Positions 41,652 through 51,041 of a stretch of 64,000 bases of DNA are shown here, in pieces. The notes under the pieces were generated by a model. That model did no database searches. It saw only the letters and a list, made by a program, of their open reading frames with translations, and was not told the DNA's origin. Source of the DNA: Spirochaetia bacterium (GTDB lineage: Bacteria; Spirochaetota; Spirochaetia; SZUA-6; Bin103); contig OZ241863.1 of NCBI GenBank assembly GCA_965203055.1, positions 832,001 through 896,000 of the forward strand. Reading direction: 5' to 3'. The stretch's first letter is position 1. The number at the start of each line of letters is the position of its first letter. A program made the translations under genes and the position numbers.

Positions 41652-43208
41652 TCAGGCGGATTCCGTTTCGAACGCCGTGACGGCACGCGACTTGGAGCTC
41701 ACCTCCACGCCGATCAGGTGGACGGCGCGTCCCGGCGCGCGGTGCTTGTCGGCATAGCGCCGATCCCGGAGCTGCGCCAGCGCCGCGCCCGGCTCCGAGC
41801 GCTCCGCTACCTTGATCTCGATCAGGTAGGCGTTGCCGGCCAGAAAGACCGCCATGTCGAGCCGGCCGCGGCTGGAGGCATCCTCCACCACCACGCCGTC
41901 CATGGACGCCTGGAACCATGCGTAGAACACGCTCGACCAATAGCCTTCGTAGCGGGCGATGTCATTGCGCCGGTGCCAGTCGTGGGGGATGCCGGCCAGC
42001 AGCCCGCGGAACAGCGTCTCCACGCCGGGCCAGTCCTGCGCGGCCAGCAGACGCCGCAGCGCGCCGCCGTCTCCGCCGGCCGACCGCCAGTTGGGCGCCA
42101 GCGCCTCCAGCAGGCTCTCGTTCAGGCCCCGCCGAACCTCCCGATTCGGATAGGTCAGCCGGTACTGTGGATAGCCGTCCGGATCGTCGTCTTCCCCGGC
42201 GATCGTCAGGTAGCCGGTCTGGAACAGCAGCGCTTCCACGGCGACGTGGTCGACGTCGAAGGATGACAGCAGCGCCTCGCTGGCGTGGACGCGCTCCAGG
42301 TTGGGCGCCGCGAAGCCGCGGCCGATCAGCGTGTCGACCAGGAACCGCGGCGTGGCGGTTTCGAACCAGTGCGCGCGGAATCGGCGGCTGGCGAACAGCT
42401 TGAGGATGCCGAACGGGTTATAGACGTGCTCGGCGCCAAGCCAGCGGTAGCCGTCGTACCACTCGGCTATCCGCTCCCGGTCCAGACCCGGCAGCTCGGC
42501 GGCGAACACCTGGTCCAGGTCGGCGTTCGTGTACCCGCAGATCGCCGAGTACCGAGGGTCGAGGGTGATGTCGGTAAGGTTGTTGAGGTCGGAGAAGAGG
42601 CTCACCTTGGAGAACCGGCTCACCCCGGTGATGAAGGTGAGTTCCACGTGCGCGTCGTAGTCCTTGATCGTCCCATACAGCCCGCGCAGGTCGTCCCGGT
42701 TGGCGGTCGCACGCTCCCGGTCCTCCAGGGCGTCCAGGATCGGCTTGTCATACTCATCGACCAGCACCACCACGCGCTTTCCTGCCTGCAGGTGCAGCTC
42801 TTTCAGAAGTCGCGCGAACCGCCCCGGCGCCGTCGCGCCGTCGTAGGCGGGAACCCCCGACTCGCGTTCGAGGTCCGCCAGTTGCTCGTTCATGCGCGCC
42901 GGCAGCACGCCCGGTCGCTTGAAGTTGCCGCTGCCGAAGCTCAGCCGCACCACCGGGTGGCGTGTGGTCCAGTCCCATCCGTCGTGAACGGCCAGGCCGC
43001 GGAACAGCTCCTCGCTCGCCTCGAACAGCTCCTTGAGGGTGTCGAGGAACAGGCTCTTGCCGAAGCGGCGCGGGCGGGACAGGAAGTAGTGCTTGCCGGG
43101 GTCGTCCACGAGCCGGCGGGCGTAGCCGGTCTTGTCGACGTAGTAGAAGCCCTCCTCGCGTATCTGGCGGAAGGTCTGGATGCCGACGGGGAGCTTCCGC
43201 TTGCCCAT
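41652..43208 (-). CDS. AAA-ATPase-like + PD-(D/E)XK (PDDEXK_9-type) protein
   Basis: LPVGIQTF, YVDKT, RPRRFGKS, VDEYDKP, QTGYLT, GRLDM..IEIK. Confidence 0.9.
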   Translation of the reverse strand: MGKRKLPVGIQTFRQIREEGFYYVDKTGYARRLVDDPGKHYFLSRPRRFGKSLFLDTLKELFEASEELFRGLAVHDGWDWTTRHPVVRLSFGSGNFKRPGVLPARMNEQLADLERESGVPAYDGATAPGRFARLLKELHLQAGKRVVVLVDEYDKPILDALEDRERATANRDDLRGLYGTIKDYDAHVELTFITGVSRFSKVSLFSDLNNLTDITLDPRYSAICGYTNADLDQVFAAELPGLDRERIAEWYDGYRWLGAEHVYNPFGILKLFASRRFRAHWFETATPRFLVDTLIGRGFAAPNLERVHASEALLSSFDVDHVAVEALLFQTGYLTIAGEDDDPDGYPQYRLTYPNREVRRGLNESLLEALAPNWRSAGGDGGALRRLLAAQDWPGVETLFRGLLAGIPHDWHRRNDIARYEGYWSSVFYAWFQASMDGVVVEDASSRGRLDMAVFLAGNAYLIEIKVAERSEPGAALAQLRDRRYADKHRAPGRAVHLIGVEVSSKSRAVTAFETESA

Positions 43209-43214
43209 GGCGGT

Positions 43215-43220
43215 ATTATG
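43215..43220 (-). promoter_or_regulatory. -10 element of a probable leaderless promoter
   Basis: CATAAT 6 nt upstream of ATG 43208; no SD. Confidence 0.5.
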
Positions 43221-43291
43221 CTCCCGGAGCCGCGACCGCGCCACCGGTGACGGACGACGGCAATCCGGTGGGCGCCTACGGTTCATCTTGC

Positions 43292-43302
43292 TACGATACG
43301 AT
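43292..43302 (+). promoter_or_regulatory. Probable native -10 of hsdM (overlapping TACGAT repeats), now separated from the gene by IS256
   Basis: TACGAT 43297-43302 lies 8 nt before the ATG (43311) in the left target-site copy. Confidence 0.45.
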
Positions 43303-43316
43303 ACCCGCTGATGCCT

Positions 43317-44720
43317 GAGATATAACCGGAAGTTGTGGATGGGATGAAAAGAGCGCATCCTCCCAAGAACGATTCAACCACGAATCAGGAGGAGTACGCT
43401 CGTGGAGAACAATACCGGCAGGACCACCGAGGCTCAAGGTCCTCAAGGTCCTGGTGCCATTCTGGATGAGATCGTACGCGCCGGAGCGCGGCAGATGCTG
43501 GCTGCGGCGCTGGAGGCGGAAGTGGACGAGTTCCTGGCGCGGTACGCTGACCAGCGGGATCAGCACGGCCACCGGCTGGCGGTCCGCAACGGCCATCTGC
43601 CGAAGCGCTCGTTGGTCACCGGGATCGGTCCGATCCCGATCCGGCAGCCGCGGGTCGATGACCGCCAGCTCGCCAAGCAGGGAGAGTCGAGGTTCAGCAG
43701 CGCGATCCTGCCGCGCTACGCGAGACGGACGCCGAGTGTGGACAGCCTGATACCGACGCTGTACCTGAAGGGGGTATCGAGCGGGGACTTCTCGCAGGCG
43801 CTGGCGGCGATCCTGGGAGAGCAGGCCGCAGGGCTGAGCGCGACCAACGTGGTGCGGCTGAAGAAGGTGTGGGAAGCGGAGTACCGGGAGTGGACGCAGC
43901 GTGATCTGAGCGGCAAGAGGTACGTGTACTTCTGGGCCGACGGCCTGCACGTGAACGTGCGACTGGACGAGGAGCGCAGTTGCATCCTGGTGATCATGGG
44001 CGCCGACGAGCAGGGGCGCAAGGAAGTGGTGGCGGTCAGCGACGGCTACCGGGAGAGCAAGACGGCGTGGTGTGAGCTGCTGTTGGACCTGCGGCGGCGT
44101 GGGCTGACGAAGGGGCCGCGGCTGGCGACGGCGGACGGGGCGTTGGGATTCTGGGCGGCGTTGCGGGAGGTGTATCCGGGAACGGAGGAACAGACCTGCT
44201 GGTTCCACAAGGCCGGCAACGTGCTGGACAAGATGCCGCAGTCGGTGCAGGGGCGGGCGAAGACGATGATCCGCGAGATGTGGCAAGCGCCGTCGTTGGA
44301 GCATGCTACCAGCGCCTACCACCAGTTCTGCACGGCGTGGGAGGCGAAGTACCCGAAGGCGGTCGCCAGCCTGCGCAAGGATGAAGGCTCGCTGTTCAGC
44401 TTCTATGGGTTTCCGGCGGCGCACTGGATCCATCTGCGGACCAGCAACCCGATCGAGTCGACGTATGCGACGGTGCGGCTGCGGACGAAGCGGACGAAGG
44501 GCTGCGGGTCGCGGGCGGCGACGCTGACGATGGTCTGGAAGCTGGCGCTGGAAGCGCAGCGGAGGTGGCGCCGGCTGATGGGCTTCAAACTCATACCCCT
44601 GGTGATGGAGGGGCGTGAATTCGTAGACGGCGAGCTGACGGAGGCAGCGGCTTAGAGAGACGACAGAACGATTGGAGATGCGCTCGCTGATTCTCAATCC
44701 ACAAGACTTGACAATATCTC
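43317..44720 (+). mobile_element. IS256-family insertion sequence
   Basis: Imperfect TIRs GAGATAT..TTGTGGAT at both ends; GCTGATGCC repeated at 43307-43315 and 44721-44729. Confidence 0.9.
43402..44655 (+). CDS. IS256-family transposase
   Basis: RNGH, LYLKGVS, WADG, ADGALGFW, CWFHK, TSNPIES. Confidence 0.95.
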   Translation: MENNTGRTTEAQGPQGPGAILDEIVRAGARQMLAAALEAEVDEFLARYADQRDQHGHRLAVRNGHLPKRSLVTGIGPIPIRQPRVDDRQLAKQGESRFSSAILPRYARRTPSVDSLIPTLYLKGVSSGDFSQALAAILGEQAAGLSATNVVRLKKVWEAEYREWTQRDLSGKRYVYFWADGLHVNVRLDEERSCILVIMGADEQGRKEVVAVSDGYRESKTAWCELLLDLRRRGLTKGPRLATADGALGFWAALREVYPGTEEQTCWFHKAGNVLDKMPQSVQGRAKTMIREMWQAPSLEHATSAYHQFCTAWEAKYPKAVASLRKDEGSLFSFYGFPAAHWIHLRTSNPIESTYATVRLRTKRTKGCGSRAATLTMVWKLALEAQRRWRRLMGFKLIPLVMEGREFVDGELTEAAA

Positions 44721-44724
44721 GCTG

Positions 44725-46710
44725 ATGCCCGAACACGGTTACTTCGCCAATCTGATCTGGCAGATCGCCGACCTGCTGCGCGGCCCCTACCGGCCGCCGC
44801 AGTACGAGCGCGTGATGCTGCCGATGACCGTGCTGCGCCGCTTCGACTGCGTGCTGGCGGCCACCAAGGGCAAGGTGTTGGCCGAGTATCGGCGGCGGCG
44901 CAAGGGCAGGCTGCAGGGCGAGGCCCTGGACCGCCGGCTCAACACGGTCGCGGGCCAGCGCTTCCACAACCATTCGGACCTCGACTTCGAGAAGCTGCAG
45001 GGCGACCCCGACCACATCGCGCAACACCTGGTCAGCTACATTCAGGGCTTCTCGGCGGAGGTGCGCCGCATCTTCGAGTACTTCGAGTTCCAGGCGGAGA
45101 TCGAGAAGATGCACGAGGCGAACATCCTCTACATGATCGTCTCGCAGTTCCGGTCGGTCGACCTGCACCCCGGCGCCGTGCCGAACCCGCAGATGGGCCT
45201 GATCTTCGAGAACCTGATCCGGCGCTTCAACGAGCTGGCCAATGAGACGGCGGGCGATCACTTCACCCCGCGCGAGGTGATCCGGCTGATGGTGAGCGTG
45301 CTGTTCATCCGCGACGACGACCTGCTGGCCGCGCCGGGCGCGGTGCGGAAGCTCCTCGACCCGGCCTGCGGCACCGGCGGCATGCTGGCCGAGGCGCAGA
45401 GCTATCTGCGCGACCATCATCCCGCCGCCCGGCTCTTCGTCTACGGGCAGGACTACAACAAGCGCGCCTACGCCACCGCCGCCTCCGACATGCTGATGAA
45501 GGAGGTGAGCCAGAACGGCGACGCCGACGGCGTGCGCTTCGGCGACAGCCTCACCGAGGACCGGTTCGACGGCGAGACCTATGACTACTTCCTGACCAAC
45601 CCGCCATTCGGCGTCGACTGGAAGCGGCAGCAGCGGGAGATCAGGCGCGAGCACGACCAACGGGGCTTTGCCGGACGGTTCGGCGCCGGGCTGCCGCGCG
45701 TCAACGACGGCTCGCTGCTGTTCCTGCAGCACATGGTCGCCAAGTTCGAGCCGGTACGCCTGTCCGAGCACCGGCACGGCTCGCGGCTCGCCATCGTCTT
45801 CAGCGGTTCGCCGCTGTTCGCCGGCGGCGCCGGCTCCGGCGAAAGCGACATCCGCCGCTGGCTGATCGAGAACGACTGGCTGGAAGCGATCATCGCCCTG
45901 CCGGAACAGATGTTCTACAACACCGGCATCGGCACCTACGTCTGGATCGTCACCAACCGCAAGGAGGAACGGCGCAAGGGCTGGATTCAGCTGCTCGACG
46001 CGCGCGAGCTCTGGACCCCCGGCGGCAGCGCGCAGAGCCGGCGCAGCCTTGGCGACAAGCGCCGCCACCTTGCCGACCATCAGATCGACCGGATCGTGCG
46101 GCTGTACGGCCGCTTCGAGGACGACGAGCGCTGCAAGCGCTTCCGCAACGTCGACTTCGGCTTCACGCGCGTCACCGTGGAGCGTCCGCTGCGCCTGCGC
46201 TTCCGGATGACGAATGAGGGCAAGGAGCAATTTCTGGAGGTCTGTCCCGAGTTGCTCGACGACGTGCTGGCCATCGACCAGTCTCTCGGCCCGGAACCGG
46301 CGTACGACTGGAACGCCGTACGGCGGCGCATCGCCGGCCTGCTGCGCGAACGCCGGTCGCGCTGGAAGGAGCCGCAGCGCAAGCTGTTCCGCCAGGCGTT
46401 CACCGCCAAGGATGCCCGGGCGGAACCGGTCGAGCAGGAGCGCGGCGGCGGCTTCGAGCCCGATCCTGCGCTGCGCGACTTCGAGAACGTACCGCTGGCC
46501 GAAGAGATCGCCGCCTACTTCGAGCGCGAGGTGCTCCCGCACGTACCCGACGCCTGGATCGACCGGAAAAAGGACAAGATCGGCTACGAGATCAACTTCA
46601 ACCGCCACTTCTACCGCTACGCCCCGCCCCGCCCGCTGGAGGCGATCGACGCCGACCTGAAGCGGTCCGAAGCCAAGATCGTCAGCCTGCTCAAAGAGGT
46701 AACGAAATGA
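44725..46710 (+). CDS. hsdM: Type I R-M m6A methyltransferase
   Basis: IWQIADLLRG, GDHFTPR, DPACGTGGML, NPPF. Confidence 0.95.
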   Translation: MPEHGYFANLIWQIADLLRGPYRPPQYERVMLPMTVLRRFDCVLAATKGKVLAEYRRRRKGRLQGEALDRRLNTVAGQRFHNHSDLDFEKLQGDPDHIAQHLVSYIQGFSAEVRRIFEYFEFQAEIEKMHEANILYMIVSQFRSVDLHPGAVPNPQMGLIFENLIRRFNELANETAGDHFTPREVIRLMVSVLFIRDDDLLAAPGAVRKLLDPACGTGGMLAEAQSYLRDHHPAARLFVYGQDYNKRAYATAASDMLMKEVSQNGDADGVRFGDSLTEDRFDGETYDYFLTNPPFGVDWKRQQREIRREHDQRGFAGRFGAGLPRVNDGSLLFLQHMVAKFEPVRLSEHRHGSRLAIVFSGSPLFAGGAGSGESDIRRWLIENDWLEAIIALPEQMFYNTGIGTYVWIVTNRKEERRKGWIQLLDARELWTPGGSAQSRRSLGDKRRHLADHQIDRIVRLYGRFEDDERCKRFRNVDFGFTRVTVERPLRLRFRMTNEGKEQFLEVCPELLDDVLAIDQSLGPEPAYDWNAVRRRIAGLLRERRSRWKEPQRKLFRQAFTAKDARAEPVEQERGGGFEPDPALRDFENVPLAEEIAAYFEREVLPHVPDAWIDRKKDKIGYEINFNRHFYRYAPPRPLEAIDADLKRSEAKIVSLLKEVTK

Positions 46711-46735
46711 TCTTATCCTCCGGCGGAGGTCCGGC

Positions 46736-48430
46736 ATGCAACTGACCAGCGTCCGTATCCGCAACTACCGGTGCATCAAGGACATCAGCATCGACCTGGA
46801 CCAAACTACCGTATTGATCGGAGAAAACAACTCCGGCAAGACCGCGTTCCTGCATGCGATACGTGCTTGTCTCGACGAGTTGCGAGCACGAAGCACGCGG
46901 TTGTTCCACGAGTACGACTACCATCTCCCGAATCGCGAATCCTCTCCCGTGGATTCGGATCCCATAGTGATCGAGCTGTCCTTCATCGAACCGGAGCCGG
47001 ACTCGTGGGATGGTGATCTCATCGGCGAAATCACTGACATCGCGGCCTTCGATAGCTCGAACCGCTATCGTATCGTATTTCGGTTGACGTCGGCCTTCGA
47101 TCGAGAGACCGAAGAATTCTCCGTCGAGTGGGCGTTTCTCGATGCCGAAGGGAACGAGCTTTCTGGTGCCGCAAGAAGTGCCGTGCAGCTTGCGATATTG
47201 CAGAGGATGGCACCGATATTTTATTTGCCTGCGCTGCGCGACTCGTCTCATTTTGGAACACGCGGCCGGTTCTGGCGTGACTTCCTTTCGGAGTCCGGCA
47301 TTCCGGAAGGTGACCGCAAGCGCTTCGAGAGGGCATTCTCAGAACTAAACGACGAACTGATCTCCACTCATGAGCCGCTGAATACCGTACGATCGAGACT
47401 CGAAGACGCGCGAAAGGTAATGGACTTCGGTCCAGCCGGCGATGCCGTGGCCATCGACGCACTGCCGACCAAGCTGTTCTCACTGCTGTCCCGAACTCAA
47501 GTGAGCCTCAGTGCCCCGTCGGGCGCGAAGATTCCCGTTGACCGCCAAGGCGAGGGTACGCAGAGTCTGGCAGTACTGCTGTTGTTTGGCGCGTTCTTGC
47601 GCAGCCAGCAATTGGACCGCCTGGCAAGTCCGATCACTGCGCTCGAAGAACCGGAGGCGCATCTGCACCCGTCGGCGATTCGCTCCTTGGCGCAGGTCGT
47701 CCGCGATCTGCCGGGACAGAAGCTGGTATCCAGCCACAGCGGCGACCTCCTCGCAAGCGTAGATATCCGGTCGATCCGGCGCTTCGTTCGTTCGGATGGC
47801 GACATCAGCGTGCATCGCATTCGTCCCGACTCGCTGACTCATGATGAGACAAGAAAGTTCGATTTCCACGTACGGCGGAGCCGCGGTGAGTTGCTATTCG
47901 CAAGGTGTTGGCTGCTGGTGGAAGGAGAGACCGAAACGGTGCTGTTTTCGGGTGCGGCCGAAGCGCTCGACTACGACATCGAGCGCAAGGGCGTGCGCTG
48001 TGTGGAGTTCAGCCAGACCAACGTCGGTATGCTGATCAAGGTAGCCGACCAATTGGGAATCGAGTGGTACTGCGTTCTTGACGATGACAGAGCAGGCAGG
48101 AATTATGGGCGGGCTGTACGGGCGCAGCATGACGGCGATGCGAGTAGCCGATTGATCACGCCGTATCAGAACGTCGAGCGGTTTCTTTGCGATCATGGTT
48201 TCGGCGACATCTACGTGTCCGGGATGTCCTCGCAGAAACCCCCTCCGTCCGCGCCGGAAGGCACTGCTGAGTACTGGCGACAGGTCCTTGCGGCGTTGCC
48301 GAGAGGATACAGCAAACCTCGGGCGGCGTTGGAGGCCGTGCTGAGGATGAAGGCGAAGGAGACGCCGGTCCCTGAATTGCTTCGGTCGATCCTCGACAGT
48401 TCGGTCGAATTGGCTCGGAAACGATCATGA
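46736..48430 (+). CDS. gajA: Gabija GajA-like OLD-family ATPase-TOPRIM nuclease
   Basis: GENNSGKT, QGEGTQS, EEPEAHLH, SSHS, VEGETE, LDDD; adjacent UvrD helicase. Confidence 0.85.
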   Translation: MQLTSVRIRNYRCIKDISIDLDQTTVLIGENNSGKTAFLHAIRACLDELRARSTRLFHEYDYHLPNRESSPVDSDPIVIELSFIEPEPDSWDGDLIGEITDIAAFDSSNRYRIVFRLTSAFDRETEEFSVEWAFLDAEGNELSGAARSAVQLAILQRMAPIFYLPALRDSSHFGTRGRFWRDFLSESGIPEGDRKRFERAFSELNDELISTHEPLNTVRSRLEDARKVMDFGPAGDAVAIDALPTKLFSLLSRTQVSLSAPSGAKIPVDRQGEGTQSLAVLLLFGAFLRSQQLDRLASPITALEEPEAHLHPSAIRSLAQVVRDLPGQKLVSSHSGDLLASVDIRSIRRFVRSDGDISVHRIRPDSLTHDETRKFDFHVRRSRGELLFARCWLLVEGETETVLFSGAAEALDYDIERKGVRCVEFSQTNVGMLIKVADQLGIEWYCVLDDDRAGRNYGRAVRAQHDGDASSRLITPYQNVERFLCDHGFGDIYVSGMSSQKPPPSAPEGTAEYWRQVLAALPRGYSKPRAALEAVLRMKAKETPVPELLRSILDSSVELARKRS

Positions 48431-50325
48431 CCGCACTGAACGGCATGAACGCGAACCAGTTGCAGGCGGTAAAGTGGGATCGGGGACCGATGCTCGTGCT
48501 GGCCGGACCGGGATCGGGCAAGACCGCGGTGCTGACCGAGCGCGTCGCCCGTCTGATTCGCGAGTATGCCGATGCTCGATTTCGGGTGCTGGGGTTGACG
48601 TTCACCACCAAGGCGGCGGACGAGATGCGGGAACGAGTGGAGCGGCGGCTCGGTACGAAGACCGGACGCGCCCGCATGGCCACGTTTCATTCCTTCTGCG
48701 CCGAGGTGCTCCGTCAACACGGCAGTCACCTGGGACTGCGTCCGGATTTCGAGATTCTGGCACGTGAGGAGGACAGGGTCCGCGTACTCGACGAGGCGAT
48801 CCGCAAGACGGATTCGCCGGAACTGCCGGCGGTCGGAGGCGCCGGTGTGGTACGCATGATCGATCATCTGTTTCGCGATGGTTTCGACGGTGAGGAGACT
48901 TCTCCGCTGCCGTTTTCCGGTACTCCCAAGGAGTGGATGCGGGCGGTCTACAATACCTATCTTGATACGCTTGTCGCCGGCAACCAGCTGGACTACGGAG
49001 CGCTTCTCGTATGCTGCTTGCGTCTGTTTCGTGAGCGTCCCCGTATAGCCCGGCACTATCGGATCGTCTATCGACACGTTTGCGTAGACGAGTATCAGGA
49101 CACCAACAAGTGTCAGGATCTGATCCTGAGAAATCTCTGTCCGGTGGACGGGACCGACTTGTTCGTCGTCGCCGATGACGATCAGATCATCTACCAGTGG
49201 AACGGCGCCAGCCCGGCGCGTCTCGAAGACCTGCGCCGTGATTACCAAATGCAGGTCATCCAACTGCCGCAAAGCTATCGCTGTCCTGCCGCGGTCATCG
49301 AATTGGCGAATAACCTGATACGATACAACCTTGACCGGTCGTCGAGCAAGGCGGCATTGACCGCGGCTGGTTCCGCTTCGTGCTCCGACCCCGTTCGCAT
49401 TCGTCGATTTCGTGATCAGTCGCGGGAGGTCGCTTGGGTGGCCGCTGATATTCGCGAACGCGCCCGCCCCGGCGACAGTGTCGTGCTGGCGCGGAGTACC
49501 AAGCTTCTCAAATCGGTCGCCGGGGCGTTGCGAAAAGCCGGTCTGGTCGCCTATCTTCGCAGGTCGAAGCATGATCTCGAGTCAGCGCCCTTGCGCTTCG
49601 CGTGCGCTGCGTTACGCTTGTCGATCGGTCCGCGCGAGATCGACCAGCTCCGAGTCATGTGCAAGGCGTTCTTCGATCTGACGGGAATCGACGTGCGTGT
49701 GGAGCAGGCTGAGGCGGAAGGAGACGCCCATGGCGGCTCGCTATTGCGGGGATTCCTCGAGGTCGTGGCGACAGACCAGAAAGCTGCCGGCCTGGTCGAT
49801 GCGCTGCGCGACAGACTTGTGGATCGTCTGCAATACCTGGAGTTTGTCGACGATGTAGTCGCTTGGTACCGGGATGTCGGTCGGCATCGCGCCCCCGATG
49901 GATTCGAGGACGACGCGGAGGAGGAGTTCGCTATCTGGAAGGAACTCCGGCAGAAGGTAGCGCGAGATGTTGGTAAAGAGCCGCCGCTGAGCAGGTTCAT
50001 TCAGGAAATGGACCTTCGGCCCAAGATAGCGTCACCGGGCCGAAACGCGGTGCAGTGCCTGACGATTCATGCTGCGAAAGGCGGTGAGTTTCGCCATGTC
50101 TATCTGATCGGGCTTGTCGAGGATCAGTTACCGTCGTATCATGCCACGAAGACCGGCGCAAGCCCACGGGTGCTCGAAGAGGAACGCCGGAACTGCTTCG
50201 TAGCCATCACGAGGACGCAGGCGACCCTTACCCTGACACACTCAGATTCGTACTTCGGCTGGCAGAAAAGGCCGTCCCGGTTTCTTCATGAGATGGGCAT
50301 GAACCTGTCCCAGGAGGCATCGTGA
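48427..50325 (+). CDS. gajB: Gabija GajB-like UvrD/PcrA helicase
   Basis: AGPGSGKT, DEYQD, DDDQIIY, QSYR, TIHAAKGGEF, EERRNCFVAITR; ATGA overlap with gajA. Confidence 0.85.
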   Translation: MTALNGMNANQLQAVKWDRGPMLVLAGPGSGKTAVLTERVARLIREYADARFRVLGLTFTTKAADEMRERVERRLGTKTGRARMATFHSFCAEVLRQHGSHLGLRPDFEILAREEDRVRVLDEAIRKTDSPELPAVGGAGVVRMIDHLFRDGFDGEETSPLPFSGTPKEWMRAVYNTYLDTLVAGNQLDYGALLVCCLRLFRERPRIARHYRIVYRHVCVDEYQDTNKCQDLILRNLCPVDGTDLFVVADDDQIIYQWNGASPARLEDLRRDYQMQVIQLPQSYRCPAAVIELANNLIRYNLDRSSSKAALTAAGSASCSDPVRIRRFRDQSREVAWVAADIRERARPGDSVVLARSTKLLKSVAGALRKAGLVAYLRRSKHDLESAPLRFACAALRLSIGPREIDQLRVMCKAFFDLTGIDVRVEQAEAEGDAHGGSLLRGFLEVVATDQKAAGLVDALRDRLVDRLQYLEFVDDVVAWYRDVGRHRAPDGFEDDAEEEFAIWKELRQKVARDVGKEPPLSRFIQEMDLRPKIASPGRNAVQCLTIHAAKGGEFRHVYLIGLVEDQLPSYHATKTGASPRVLEEERRNCFVAITRTQATLTLTHSDSYFGWQKRPSRFLHEMGMNLSQEAS

Positions 50326-51041
50326 GGACCATCCGCCACTTCAGAACACTGTTCTACTACGACGGTCCCCAGGTCTTCGAAGCCCGTGATGCCGACGGCA
50401 GGCACTACGTTGTCGTGCTGGTCGATTCGGACTCGATCGGCGGCGAGCGCTACCTCGTCACCGGAGTTGTACCCGAACGACTCGGACTGTTTCGTTCCGG
50501 CGGCCTTGACCTGAGATCGCTGCTGGTCGAGTCGGACCGGGGAGATCGTTACGTGGCGACCGCGGACGCCGGCCTCGACCAGCCGTTGCTGCTCGAAAAG
50601 CTGACCGATCCTATCGAAGACGGCGGGCTTCTCCCGGATTCCGGGTTCCTGTTGCACGACAGAGATCTGAACATAGATGGGCAAATCGAAGAACTGAAGC
50701 TGATCGAGGACGGCTGGCTGGAAGGAAGGGGCAGTGCTCTATCCCAGGCAGGTCTCGACTGGCTTCGAGGCGTCTTCGTCCGCCACGCTCCGGACGACGT
50801 ACCGAAACCGTATCTTTATCCGACGGAAGCAGGTGGAGTTCAAGCCGAGTGGTCACTTGGATCTCGGGAGGCTACGCTTGAGGTGAATCTCGAGACGCAC
50901 GATGCTCAGTGGCACGTGCTCGACTTGCAGGCCGATGAGGTTCAGGAGCGCACGCTCAACTGTGACAGTGATGATGACTGGAAGTGGCTGATCGGACAGA
51001 TCAAACGCTACAAATCGAGCCGGCTAAGGCAGGCGACATGA
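50322..51041 (+). CDS. Hypothetical two-domain protein (YYDGP, DUF6575-like N-terminus)
   Basis: GTGA overlap with gajB and ATGA overlap with hsdS; TLFYYDGPQVF; DGWLEG..PYLYPTEAGGVQAEW. Confidence 0.7.
   Translation: MRTIRHFRTLFYYDGPQVFEARDADGRHYVVVLVDSDSIGGERYLVTGVVPERLGLFRSGGLDLRSLLVESDRGDRYVATADAGLDQPLLLEKLTDPIEDGGLLPDSGFLLHDRDLNIDGQIEELKLIEDGWLEGRGSALSQAGLDWLRGVFVRHAPDDVPKPYLYPTEAGGVQAEWSLGSREATLEVNLETHDAQWHVLDLQADEVQERTLNCDSDDDWKWLIGQIKRYKSSRLRQAT

Noticed and set aside
44708..44713. Perfect TTGACA in the IS256 right end as a hybrid promoter for hsdM
   Set aside because: A -10 at 17-bp spacing would fall inside hsdM (44731, gaacac) and does not match consensus.
43291..46764. 1157-aa minus-strand ORF spanning IS256 and hsdM
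   Set aside because: Antisense shadow crossing an IS boundary; no recognisable domain.
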